NCBI GenBank assembly: GCA_002439555.1
Contig: DJOC01000056.1
Coordinates: 42,756-76,582 of the forward strand
Source: Bacillales bacterium UBA6448
GTDB taxonomy: Bacteria; Bacillota_I; Bacilli_A; RF39; UBA660
Direction of reading: 5' to 3'
DNA length: 33,827 bases
The stretch's first letter is position 1. Each line of letters opens with the position of its first letter. Shown here piece by piece: positions 7,047-16,141 of the stretch. The position numbers and the translations under genes were made by a program. The notes below the pieces were generated by a model. That model saw only the letters and a list, made by a program, of their open reading frames with translations. It searched no databases and had not been told where the DNA came from.

Positions 7047-8094
7047 ATGAAAGAAAAATTAAATAGTTTAAAAGAAAGATTAGAAGTTATTGGGAGGTCA
7101 CTTTGACATCTCTAAAATAAATGCTGAAATACAGGAGTTAAAAAATAAAACTTTGGAGGAAGGATTTTATAATGATCCAGTAAAATCCACAGAAGTTTTA
7201 ACATCCCTTAGTAGAAAACAAAAAGAGGTAAAAGAATATAACTCCTTAAATGAGGAGATTAGTGATGATCTAGAGCTTATTGAGTTAGTAACTGATGAAG
7301 AAATTATGAGTTTATCAAAAAGAATTGAAGATTTAGAATATGACACGTATTTTAAGGGAGAATTTGATAGTCTTAATTGTTATTTAGAAATTCATCCAGG
7401 AGCCGGTGGAACAGAAAGCTGTGATTTTGCAAATATGCTTCTTGAGATGTATGAAAAGTTTTGTGAAAAAAATAAATTTAAATATGAAGTTATTTATCTT
7501 CAAAAAGGTGAAGAAGCAGGCGTTAAGTCCGTTAATATTAAAATATCTTCGGAAAATGCCTATGGTCTTTTGAAATATGAAAGTGGTGTTCATAGACTTG
7601 TAAGAATATCTCCGTTTGATTCGAATTCTCGTAGACATACTTCATTTGCCTCAGTAAATGTAACTCCTGAAATTAAAAAGAATATTGATATTGAAATAAA
7701 TGAAAATGATTTAAAGATTGATGTATATCATTCTTCGGGTGCTGGAGGACAAAGCGTTAATACAAGTAACTCCGCGGTAAGAATAACCCATCTTCCATCG
7801 AAGATTGTGGTAGCGGTTCAAAATGAAAGAAGTCAACTTCGTAATAAAGAGATTGCTATGGAAATTTTGAAAAATAAGTTATATTTATTAGAACTTGAAA
7901 AGAAAGAATCACTAACTAATAAACTTAAAAATAATGATAGTATAAATTTTGGTAGTCAAATTCGAAGTTATATTTTAGAACCTTACAAACTTGTTAAAGA
8001 TTATCGTACAAATTTTGAAAGTAATGATCCAGAAAGTATTTTAAATGGAGAAATTATGAATATGCTTATTTACAATGTTAAGGAAATGAAATGA
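7047..8094 (+). CDS. prfB: peptide chain release factor 2, requires a +1 programmed frameshift at 7104
   Basis: Frame 0 runs from ATG 7047 (MKEKLNSLKERLEVIGRSL) to CTT TGA at 7101-7106. The +1 frame continues DISKINAEIQ... to 8094 and carries the SPF (SPFDSNSRRHTSF) and GGQ (GAGGQSVN) motifs. Confidence 0.95.
7092..7107 (+). promoter_or_regulatory. RF2 autoregulatory +1 frameshift site
   Basis: Internal SD-like GGGAGG (7092-7097), 3-nt spacer TCA, then the slippery CTT TGA C (7101-7107). This is the same architecture as the canonical prfB site. Confidence 0.9.
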
Positions 8095-8669
8095 ATAAAG
8101 ATATTCTAGTTAATAAATTAAATCCTTTAGAAAAAGACTTTATACCAGAGAATTTAGTAAAAGTCCAGTTAATTGAAACACCAAAATTAAAAGATGGTAT
8201 GCTAACATTTTTAGATGAAGAAGCTTATCAGATGTTTTTGCTTTTCCGCCTTGAGGGACTATATAATGGTGTGAATATGATTGTAGATTCTGGTTATAGA
8301 CCTTATGAATATCAAAAATATATATTAAAATATAATTTATTAAAAAAAGGATTGTCTGCCTATAAAATGGTAGCATTACCAGGACAATCTGAACATCAAA
8401 CTGGTCTTGCATTAGATTTTGCTTTAATTATAAATAATATTTATGTTGATAATTTTGATGATTCGTTTAAAGAGGTAAAGTGGATACACGAAAATGCATA
8501 TAAATATGGTTTTATTTTAAGGTATCCCAAAGGTAAAGAGGACACAACCGGTTTTTCTTATGAATATTGGCATTTAAGGTATGTAGGTAAAGAAGTATCA
8601 TACTATATGCATAATGAAAATATTAGTACTTTGGAAGAATATCATTTACTAAATTATACAAAAAAATAA
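8091..8669 (+). CDS. M15B D-Ala-D-Ala carboxypeptidase/dipeptidase (VanY/VanXY-like), no signal peptide
   Basis: Motifs SGYRPYEYQ, PGQSEHQTGLALD (SxHxxGxAxD) and SYEYWHLRYVG (ExxH). 192 aa with a hydrophilic N-terminus. ATGA overlap with prfB. Confidence 0.85.
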   Translation: MNKDILVNKLNPLEKDFIPENLVKVQLIETPKLKDGMLTFLDEEAYQMFLLFRLEGLYNGVNMIVDSGYRPYEYQKYILKYNLLKKGLSAYKMVALPGQSEHQTGLALDFALIINNIYVDNFDDSFKEVKWIHENAYKYGFILRYPKGKEDTTGFSYEYWHLRYVGKEVSYYMHNENISTLEEYHLLNYTKK

Positions 8670-8677
8670 AAAAGTAC

Positions 8678-8705
8678 TTGTAAAACAAAAATAATTTGGT
8701 ATTAT
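8678..8705 (+). promoter_or_regulatory. promoter candidate for tilS-ftsH
   Basis: TTGTAA (8678-8683), 16 nt, TATTAT (8700-8705). Only 9 nt separate the -10 from ATG 8715, and there is no SD. Confidence 0.35.
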
Positions 8706-8714
8706 ATTAATCGT

Positions 8715-10001
8715 ATGAATAATGTAATTGAATTTTTAAAATCTAAAATATCAAATGAAGACACAGTTATTGTGGCTTGTTCTGGTGGACCAGATTCTAT
8801 GTGTCTTTTAGATATCGTAAAATCAGTAACAAATAATATTGTTGTAGCTTGTGTTAATCATAATGTTAGAGAAAGTTCTAAAGAGGAATTTGAATATGTT
8901 AGGGGTTTCGCAAATAAAAATAATCTAAAGTTCGAAGGCGTGGAACTTACATTTAATACACTTGCTAACTTTGAATGTAATGCTAGAAATAAAAGATATG
9001 AATTTTTTAATGAACTTCTTGAAAAGTATCAAGCAAAATATATTTTAACTGCTCACCACGGTGATGATTTAATTGAAACTATACTTATGCGTTTAACAAG
9101 AGGATCTAAATTATCTGGCTACATTGGAATTAAAAAGGAAAACAACAAATATTTAAGGCCTCTATTATATGTTACTAAAAAAGATATTATAAAGTATTTA
9201 GATAACAAACAAATTAAATATTTTATTGATGAAACTAATAATAGTGATGAACACCGAAGAAATCGTTATCGAAAAAATATTATTCCATTTTTAAAGAAAG
9301 AAGATAAAAATATTCATTTAAAATATTTAAAATTTAGTGAGGAACTCGAAGAATATGACGACTTTATTAACGGTTATATAAAAAAACTAAATGTTATTAA
9401 GAATAGTACTATTAACTTGGAAGTATTAAAAAAAGAGAAACCATTTATTCGAAGAAAAACTATTGAATATTTAATTAAAAATATCCAAAAAAATGATATT
9501 TTAGAAATTAATGATAATACTTTAATGGAAATATTAAAAATTGCTGAATCTAAAAAAAGTAATGTTAAAATTAATTTAAATAATGGTTATATTGCCCAAA
9601 AAAAATATAATGAATTAGTTATTAAAAAAGAACTTCTTCAAGATAATTATTCTATAGAATTTGATAATTACTTTGAAAATGATGAATATATTATTCGTAA
9701 AGTCTCTGAATATGATGGTAATAGTAATTTCGTTTTGAGACTTGATTTAACAAAAGTTAAACTTCCCCTTATAATTAGGACAAGAAAAACTGGTGATAAA
9801 ATGCAAGTTAAAAATCTTGGAACTAAAAAAGTTAAAGATATACTTATTAATGAAAAGATTGATATTGATAAAAGAAAAAATATTCCTATTGTAATTGATA
9901 GTAAAAATAATATATTATGGTTACCTGGAATTAAAAAAAGTAAATTTGATGTAGGAAAAAATGAAAAGTGTGATATAATACTTTTATGCGAAAGGAAATG
10001 A
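8715..10001 (+). CDS. tilS: tRNA(Ile)-lysidine synthase
   Basis: PP-loop VACSGGPDSM and HHGDDLIET. It lies directly upstream of ftsH, as in many Bacillota. Confidence 0.9.
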   Translation: MNNVIEFLKSKISNEDTVIVACSGGPDSMCLLDIVKSVTNNIVVACVNHNVRESSKEEFEYVRGFANKNNLKFEGVELTFNTLANFECNARNKRYEFFNELLEKYQAKYILTAHHGDDLIETILMRLTRGSKLSGYIGIKKENNKYLRPLLYVTKKDIIKYLDNKQIKYFIDETNNSDEHRRNRYRKNIIPFLKKEDKNIHLKYLKFSEELEEYDDFINGYIKKLNVIKNSTINLEVLKKEKPFIRRKTIEYLIKNIQKNDILEINDNTLMEILKIAESKKSNVKINLNNGYIAQKKYNELVIKKELLQDNYSIEFDNYFENDEYIIRKVSEYDGNSNFVLRLDLTKVKLPLIIRTRKTGDKMQVKNLGTKKVKDILINEKIDIDKRKNIPIVIDSKNNILWLPGIKKSKFDVGKNEKCDIILLCERK

Positions 10002-10005
10002 TGAA

Positions 10006-12000
10006 ATGAAAAATGCAAAGAAAACTTCTTTTATAAAATTATTAGGACCATATTTAGTAATGGGAATGATAATTGGAATTATAATGGTTGTTCTTAATTT
10101 ACAAGGAATGACTGTTAACAATTTATCAACAGGAAAATTACTTACTGCTTTAGAAAATAACGAAGTAAAAGAAATTGTAATTACTCCGAAAAGTAGTGAA
10201 TCAATTTATTATGTTGAAGGAAAATTATCTTCATATAAAGATGGTGAATCATTTAAAACTAAAGTAGTTGAGGATGAAATACCACAAATTATTGAATATG
10301 TTCAAAAAAATAAAATTGAAAAATATGATACTAACAAAGATCCGGGATCTAGTGCATTATTATATATTGTAGTAAATGTCTTACCAATTATTATAGTAGT
10401 AATGGTTGCATACTCACTATTTAATAAACTTGCTAGTTCAAATAAAAATTCAATGGATTTTGGTAGAAGTAAAGCAAGATTAAGTGATGATAAAGATAAG
10501 AAGTCATTTAAAGATGTTGCTGGACTTAAAGAGGAAAAGGAGGAAGTTGAAGAATTAATTGACTTTCTTAAAAATCCTAAAAAGTTCCAAAATATGGGGG
10601 CTAGAATACCAAAGGGTGTTTTACTTGTAGGTCCTCCGGGAACTGGTAAAACTTTACTTGCTAAAGCTATCGCTGGCGAAGCAAATGTCCCATTTTTCTA
10701 TATAAGTGGTTCAGATTTTGTTGAATTATTCGTTGGTGTTGGTGCATCAAGAGTTAGAGATATGTTTAAAGAAGCTAAAAGAAATGCACCTTGTTTAATC
10801 TTTATTGATGAAATAGATGCTGTTGGTCGTCAAAGAGGAACTGGTCTTGGTGGTGGACACGATGAAAGAGAACAAACATTAAATCAACTTCTTACAGAAA
10901 TGGATGGATTTGGTGCTAATGAAGGTATCATTATTATCGCTGCAACAAATAGACCGGATGTATTAGACCCTGCATTACTTAGACCAGGAAGATTTGATAG
11001 ACAAGTTACTGTTAGTCTTCCAGATTCAAATGAAAGAGAAGCAATATTAAAAGTTCACGCAAAAAATAAAATATTAGATAAGTCAATAAAATTATCAGCG
11101 ATTGCTGCAAGAACGCCAGGTTTTAGTGGAGCAGATTTGGAAAACTTACTTAATGAAGCTGCATTGCTTGCTGTTCGTCGTAATAAAGATAAAATTACTA
11201 TTGATGAAATTGATGAAGCCACAGATAGAGTACTTCTTGGACCTGCAAAAACTACAAGAAAGATTACTGATAAAGAGAAGAAAATTGTTTCATTACACGA
11301 AGCAGGACATGCTGTTATTGGCCTTAAAAATGAATATGCGGAAGTAGTTCATAAAATTACTATTATTCCTCGTGGAATGGCTGGTGGTTATACTATGATG
11401 CTTCCTAAAGAAGAAAATTTATCTATAATGACTAAAAATGAATTATTAGGAAGAATTACTGGTTTACTTGGTGGCCGTGTTAGTGAAGAACACTTCTTAC
11501 ATGAAATGAGTACAGGTGCTTCTGATGACTTTAAAAAAGCCACTGCTATTGCAAGAAGTATGGTTACTGAATATGGTATGAGTGAACTTGGACCAATGCA
11601 ATATGAAGAAAGAGAAAAAAATGTTTTTCTTGGTAGAGATTATGCTAAGAGTAAAGATTTCTCTGATCAAGTTGCATTAGAAATTGATCGAGCAACAAGA
11701 AAAATTATTGATGAATGTTATGAAAAGGCTAAAAAGATTGTTGCTGATAATGAAGCACTAATTATGTTGCTTTCAGATGCTTTGATGAAATATGAAACTC
11801 TTAATAAAGAACAAATAGATTATATTGTTGAAAATGGAACTATTCCATCTGAAGAAGTTTTTGAAAAAACATCTGATGATGCAAAGATTAAAACAATTGA
11901 TGAATTAAAAGAAATAGCAAAAGAAAAGAAAATAAAAAATTATACAAAAATGACAAAGACTGAACTTGAAGAAGCTATAAAAGAAAGCGGGGAAGAATAA
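10006..12000 (+). CDS. ftsH: ATP-dependent zinc metalloprotease FtsH
   Basis: Two N-terminal TM helices, Walker [17 protein letters not shown], the second region of homology, and zinc motif HEAGHA. It has a C-terminal extension ending [35 protein letters not shown]. Confidence 0.97.
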   Translation: MKNAKKTSFIKLLGPYLVMGMIIGIIMVVLNLQGMTVNNLSTGKLLTALENNEVKEIVITPKSSESIYYVEGKLSSYKDGESFKTKVVEDEIPQIIEYVQKNKIEKYDTNKDPGSSALLYIVVNVLPIIIVVMVAYSLFNKLASSNKNSMDFGRSKARLSDDKDKKSFKDVAGLKEEKEEVEELIDFLKNPKKFQNMGARIPKGVLLVGPPGTGKTLLAKAIAGEANVPFFYISGSDFVELFVGVGASRVRDMFKEAKRNAPCLIFIDEIDAVGRQRGTGLGGGHDEREQTLNQLLTEMDGFGANEGIIIIAATNRPDVLDPALLRPGRFDRQVTVSLPDSNEREAILKVHAKNKILDKSIKLSAIAARTPGFSGADLENLLNEAALLAVRRNKDKITIDEIDEATDRVLLGPAKTTRKITDKEKKIVSLHEAGHAVIGLKNEYAEVVHKITIIPRGMAGGYTMMLPKEENLSIMTKNELLGRITGLLGGRVSEEHFLHEMSTGASDDFKKATAIARSMVTEYGMSELGPMQYEEREKNVFLGRDYAKSKDFSDQVALEIDRATRKIIDECYEKAKKIVADNEALIMLLSDALMKYETLNKEQIDYIVENGTIPSEEVFEKTSDDAKIKTIDELKEIAKEKKIKNYTKMTKTELEEAIKESGEE

Positions 12001-12001
12001 T

Positions 12002-12220
12002 ATGTTAGAAACTATTTTATTAGTGGTATCCGTACTTCTTATTGTTATAGTATTATTACAAAGCAATAAAGCATCTGATGCTGGAAATATTATTACCGGT
12101 GGAAATGAAGCATTATTTAAGAATATGAAAGAACGTGGAGCAGAACTTTTTATAAGTAGATTAACTCTTGCTTTAGGTATTGTATTCTTTATAATATCAT
12201 TTATATTATTTTTGAAATAA
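12002..12220 (+). CDS. secG: preprotein translocase subunit SecG
   Basis: 72 aa with two TM helices. IVLLQSNKASDAGNIITGG is typical of SecG. Confidence 0.75.
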   Translation: MLETILLVVSVLLIVIVLLQSNKASDAGNIITGGNEALFKNMKERGAELFISRLTLALGIVFFIISFILFLK

Positions 12221-12240
12221 GGAGGGAAACCTTCTTTTTT
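12220..12240 (+). terminator. weak intrinsic terminator candidate after secG
   Basis: AGGAGG (12220-12225), GAAA loop, CCTTCT (12230-12235, one G-U pair), then TTTTT. Confidence 0.35.
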
Positions 12241-12241
12241 A

Positions 12242-12270
12242 TTGATATTTTTTTATCTGTGTGTTATTAT
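12242..12270 (+). promoter_or_regulatory. extended -10 promoter candidate for gpmI
   Basis: TTGATA (12242-12247), 17 nt, TATTAT (12265-12270), preceded by TGt. Confidence 0.45.
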
Positions 12271-12292
12271 TTTTTTAGAAAGAATTGAGATT

Positions 12293-13795
12293 ATGAAAAA
12301 AATTATAACAATAATATTTGATGGATTTGGAATGAAAGAAAGTGACTATGGTAATGCAATTATTAATGCAAATATGGTTAATTTTAATAAGTTCTACAAT
12401 GAAAATCCCCATACAACACTTTTTGCTAGTGGACACTATGTAGGACTTCACGATGGCCAGTTTGGTAATAGCGAAATTGGCCATCAAACTATAGGAGCGG
12501 GGAGACTTATTAAAAGTAGAGAAGTCTTAACTGATGAATATTTAGATAATCTATATTTAAATGATGATGATAATATTCAAAAGTTAAAAGGATTAACATC
12601 AAAAGCTGTTCATTTAATGGGCCTTGCAAGTGATGGTAATGTGCATGCGGGTATTGATGATTTCTTAAAAATGTATGAGTATTTAGTTAAAATAGGGTTT
12701 ACAAAAATATTTTTTCATTTAATAACAGATGGCCGTGATACTGATTGTAGGGCAGCGTATAATTACATATCCCTAATTGAAAAAAATATTCAAAAAAATA
12801 AAGTTGGCTCTATAGCAAGTATATGTGGTAGATATTATGCAATGGATCGTGATAAAAATTATGATAGAACTAAAATATATTATGATTTAGTTACAAAAGG
12901 TAGAGGCACAGAAATAATTAATATAGAAAATGCTTTAAAAGCAAGTTATGATAAAGGTATTACCGATGAATTTTTAAGACCTATGGTTATTAATAGAGAA
13001 GGAACTATCAAAGATGGTGATGTTCTAATGTGGATGAATTATCGTTCTGACAGAAGTAAACAAATATTACTTGCTTTAACTAACCCTAAATTTGCAGAAT
13101 TTGATGTTACATTAATGCCTAATCTTGAAGTATTTACTTTCTTTAATCACGACAAACAAATAAAAGCCAATGTGCTTATAAATGAACCTAATATTGATAA
13201 TAGTTTAGGAATATACTTATCAAAACTAGGTATGACTCAAGCAAGAATTGCCGAAAGTGAAAAATATCCTCATGTAACATATTTTTTTGATGAAGGCTAT
13301 GAAGGAAAACTCGAAGGTGTTGATAAATTCCACATTCCATCTCCAGATGTTGCTACTTATGATTTAAAACCTGAAATGAGTGCTGTAAGCGTAACTAAAA
13401 AGGTTATTAATGCGATAGAACAAGACTATGATTTTATTTTAGTTAATTTTGCAAATCCTGATATGGTAGGTCATACAGGAAATATGGAAGCAACAACTAA
13501 AGCGTGTATGGCACTTGATATTTGCTTTAGTAAAATATTACAGGTCGCTGAGGATAATTTTTATACGGTAATTCTTTTAGCAGACCATGGTAACGCTGAT
13601 ACTATGCTTTATGAAGATGGCACTCCTTGTACAACTCATAGTTATGAAAAAGTTCCATTTGTAATAAATGACCCAAAAGTAAAGTTGAAAGAAGGCGGAG
13701 ATTTAACAAATGTTGCACCAACTATACTTGATTATATGGACATAAGTATACCTAGCGAAATGACTAGTTACTCATTAATTGAAAGTGAAGAATAA
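12293..13795 (+). CDS. gpmI: 2,3-bisphosphoglycerate-independent phosphoglycerate mutase
   Basis: MKKIITIIFDGFG..., NSEIGHQTIGAGR, ITDGRDT, ANPDMVGHTG and ADHGNAD. I moved the start to ATG 12293, because the track's TTG 12242 extension overlaps the promoter-like sequence. Confidence 0.92.
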   Translation: MKKIITIIFDGFGMKESDYGNAIINANMVNFNKFYNENPHTTLFASGHYVGLHDGQFGNSEIGHQTIGAGRLIKSREVLTDEYLDNLYLNDDDNIQKLKGLTSKAVHLMGLASDGNVHAGIDDFLKMYEYLVKIGFTKIFFHLITDGRDTDCRAAYNYISLIEKNIQKNKVGSIASICGRYYAMDRDKNYDRTKIYYDLVTKGRGTEIINIENALKASYDKGITDEFLRPMVINREGTIKDGDVLMWMNYRSDRSKQILLALTNPKFAEFDVTLMPNLEVFTFFNHDKQIKANVLINEPNIDNSLGIYLSKLGMTQARIAESEKYPHVTYFFDEGYEGKLEGVDKFHIPSPDVATYDLKPEMSAVSVTKKVINAIEQDYDFILVNFANPDMVGHTGNMEATTKACMALDICFSKILQVAEDNFYTVILLADHGNADTMLYEDGTPCTTHSYEKVPFVINDPKVKLKEGGDLTNVAPTILDYMDISIPSEMTSYSLIESEE

Positions 13796-13810
13796 TATCT
13801 TCATTTTTTT
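13786..13810 (+). terminator. Rho-independent terminator after gpmI
   Basis: TGAAGA (13786-13791), loop ATAATA, TCTTCA (13798-13803), then T7 (13804-13810). It spans the gpmI stop codon. Confidence 0.65.
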
Positions 13811-13909
13811 ATATGATGTTTAATACATTATATATATTTTTTTAAAGGTTGGTTTAAAAATTGTTAAAAATATATAGTAAGTTTATTTTCATTTTATTTA
13901 AAATAATGC

Positions 13910-13939
13910 TTGCATTTATATGGATGAAACATATATATA
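13910..13939 (+). promoter_or_regulatory. upstream promoter candidate (P1) of the S10 operon
   Basis: TTGCAT (13910-13915), 17-18 nt, ATATAT/TATATA (13933-13939). An AT-rich UP-like tract lies upstream. Confidence 0.3.
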
Positions 13940-13982
13940 TTGTTGCAACTTTTTTATTTTTTAAAAAAATGTAAAAAAACAC

Positions 13983-14012
13983 TTGCATTTGGGAGTTACT
14001 TTATGATAATAT
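13983..14012 (+). promoter_or_regulatory. promoter candidate (P2) of the S10 operon
   Basis: TTGCAT (13983-13988), then either GATAAT at 16-nt spacing (14005-14010) or TGaTAATAT (14004-14012). Both P1 and P2 share CTTGCATTT. P2 would leave a leader of roughly 130 nt before rpsJ. Confidence 0.45.
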
Positions 14013-14143
14013 TGTTTATGTATGACTGCTGTGATGTGCGAGGTTGCTGATACACTAGGAATAGTTGGTAAATATATTTTATAGTTTATCGGGTAATTTG
14101 TACGGAGCAAGCCTATATTTAATATAGACGAAAGGAGAAAAAA

Positions 14144-14452
14144 ATGACAAAACAAGAAATTCGTATTACTTTAAAAGCATATGACCACAGAATACTTGAT
14201 GTAGCTGCTGGAAAAATATGTGAAACAGTAAAAAGAACTGGGGGGGAAATATCTGGACCAGTACCTCTACCTACTGAAATTGAAAAATTTACAGTATTAA
14301 GAGCTGTTCATAAATATAAAGATTCTCGTGAACAATTTGAAAGAAGAACTCACAAGAGACTTATTGATATTAAAAACCCAAGCAAAGAAACAGTTGATGC
14401 GCTATCTCATTTAGATTTACCAAGTGGCGTTCAAATCAATATTAAATTATAA
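14144..14452 (+). CDS. rpsJ: 30S ribosomal protein S10
   Basis: [14 protein letters not shown] and a C-terminal conserved block. AAAGGAG RBS. First gene of the S10 cluster. Confidence 0.97.
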   Translation: MTKQEIRITLKAYDHRILDVAAGKICETVKRTGGEISGPVPLPTEIEKFTVLRAVHKYKDSREQFERRTHKRLIDIKNPSKETVDALSHLDLPSGVQINIKL

Positions 14453-14472
14453 GAAAAGGAAGGAAAGAAAAA

Positions 14473-15207
14473 ATGAAAGGAATCTTAGGACGTAAAGTTG
14501 GAATGACTAGCGTATTTACTAAAGATGGTAAACTAATCCCTGTTACAGTTGTTGAAGTTTTACCAAATAAAGTAATGCAAGTTAAAACTGTTGAAAAAGA
14601 TGGTTATAATGCAATCCAACTTGGCGCAATTGACAAAAAAGCTAGTAGAGCCAATAAGGCTGAAATCGGAAGTGCAAAAAAAGCAAATACAACTCCTAAG
14701 CGCTTCTTAAAAGAAATAAGAGATTATGAAGGCTCTTATAATATAGGAGATGAGATTACTGCAGATTTATTTACTGTTGGAGAAATAGTTGATGTAACTG
14801 GAACCACAAAAGGTAAAGGATTTGCTGGTGTTATTAAAAGACACAATCAATCAAGAGGACCTATGGGACATGGTTCACATTATCATAGAAGACCAGGTTC
14901 ACTTGGAACAATGCTTCCAAAAAGAGTTCTAAAAGGTAAAAAACTTGCAGGACATATGGGAGTTGAAACAGTTACAATTCAAAACCTTGAAATCATCGAA
15001 ACAAATACTAATGAAAATTATATTTTAATTAGTGGTAATGTTCCTGGTGCTAAAAATTCAATCGTTTTAATTAAAACTGCAATCAAAGGTAACAAAAAAG
15101 TTAATCCAAAGGAAATTATTAGTTATGAAGAATCTGTAGTAGATGCTGAAGAAGTGGTAACTCCTGTAGAAACTGAAACAGTTACTGAAGTAAAGGAAGA
15201 CAAGTAG
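14473..15207 (+). CDS. rplC: 50S ribosomal protein L3 (with an acidic C-terminal extension of about 35 aa)
   Basis: [15 protein letters not shown] and [12 protein letters not shown]. Cluster order supports the call. Confidence 0.97.
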   Translation: MKGILGRKVGMTSVFTKDGKLIPVTVVEVLPNKVMQVKTVEKDGYNAIQLGAIDKKASRANKAEIGSAKKANTTPKRFLKEIRDYEGSYNIGDEITADLFTVGEIVDVTGTTKGKGFAGVIKRHNQSRGPMGHGSHYHRRPGSLGTMLPKRVLKGKKLAGHMGVETVTIQNLEIIETNTNENYILISGNVPGAKNSIVLIKTAIKGNKKVNPKEIISYEESVVDAEEVVTPVETETVTEVKEDK

Positions 15208-15227
15208 TCTTTTAAAGGAGGATAAAA

Positions 15228-15851
15228 ATGACAAAGTTAAGTATTAATAATTTAAAAGGCGAAAAAGTTAGTGATATTACTTTAAATTCAGAAGTTTTCG
15301 GAATTGAAGTTAATGAACTTGCTATGAAGAAAATGGTTAGACTTCAACTTAATGCTTCAAGACAAGGAACAGCTAAAGTAAAAACTAGAAGTGAAGTATC
15401 AGGTGGTGGAAGAAAGCCATGGAAACAAAAAGGTACTGGTAGAGCAAGACAAGGATCTATTCGTGCTGCTCAATGGAGAAAAGGTGGAATCGTATTTGGA
15501 CCTACTCCAAGAGATTATTCATTTAAAATTAACCGTAAAGAAAGAGTTCTAGCATTAAAGAGCGCTTTAGTTAGTAAATTAAATGAAAAGAAATTAATGG
15601 TTATTGATAACCTTAAATTAGATAATTTTAAAACAAAAACAGGTGTTGAATTATTAAATAATTTAAAACTTGATGGAAAAGTATTATTTGTTGCTAGTGA
15701 AGAAGCAGAAAACTTATATATGGCAACAAGAAACTTAAGTAATGTACTTGTATTATTCCCAGATGAAATCAATGTTTATGATATTCTAAATGCTGATTAC
15801 ATTGTATTTGATGAAGCAAGTATTAAAATGGTAGAGGAGGCACTTAAATAA
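15228..15851 (+). CDS. rplD: 50S ribosomal protein L4
   Basis: GGGRKPWKQKGTGRARQGSIRA. AGGAGG RBS. Confidence 0.97.
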   Translation: MTKLSINNLKGEKVSDITLNSEVFGIEVNELAMKKMVRLQLNASRQGTAKVKTRSEVSGGGRKPWKQKGTGRARQGSIRAAQWRKGGIVFGPTPRDYSFKINRKERVLALKSALVSKLNEKKLMVIDNLKLDNFKTKTGVELLNNLKLDGKVLFVASEEAENLYMATRNLSNVLVLFPDEINVYDILNADYIVFDEASIKMVEEALK

Positions 15852-16126
15852 TGAGACATTATTCTGAAATTATAATTGCACCAGTAGTTACTGAAAAAAG
15901 TATGACATTAAGAAGCGAAAATGTTTATACATTTAAAGTTGCTAAAGATGCTACTAAAACTGAAATTAAAAAAGCTATTGAAGATGCTTTTAAAGTAGAA
16001 GTTAAAAGTGTTAATACTCTAAACACTAAATCTAAAAAAAGAAGAGTTGGAAAGTATCAAGGAAGAACAAAAACTTACAAAAAAGCAATGGTAACATTAA
16101 AAGATGGTTCTTCTATAGAACTTTAG
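15851..16126 (+). CDS. rplW: 50S ribosomal protein L23
   Basis: IIAPVVTEKS. TAATG overlap with rplD. Confidence 0.95.
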   Translation: MRHYSEIIIAPVVTEKSMTLRSENVYTFKVAKDATKTEIKKAIEDAFKVEVKSVNTLNTKSKKRRVGKYQGRTKTYKKAMVTLKDGSSIEL

Positions 16127-16141
16127 TAGAAAGGAGAAATT

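Noticed and set aside
7104-7106. Possibility of Mollicutes genetic code 4 (TGA = Trp), given the AT-richness and the Mollicutes-like ribosomal protein tails.
   Set aside because: RF2 is present with a TGA-dependent frameshift. tilS, secY and prfB end at TGA at normal lengths, and Trp positions that I checked are TGG.
12219-12225. A perfect AAGGAGG after secG that looks like a ribosome-binding site.
   Set aside because: No start codon lies at a usable distance, since the nearest (TTG 12242) is 16 nt away. The sequence more plausibly forms the 5' arm of a small GAAA-loop terminator hairpin.
14003-14050. A 15-codon Cys-rich upstream ORF (MIILFMYDCCDVRGC*) preceded by GGGAG at 7-nt spacing, in the rpsJ leader.
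   Set aside because: Its ATG sits inside the best -10 element (P2), so it would be transcribed only from the weaker upstream candidate. It is too short to evaluate by eye, and in an AT-rich spacer it is likely chance. It would be worth checking only if it is conserved in relatives.
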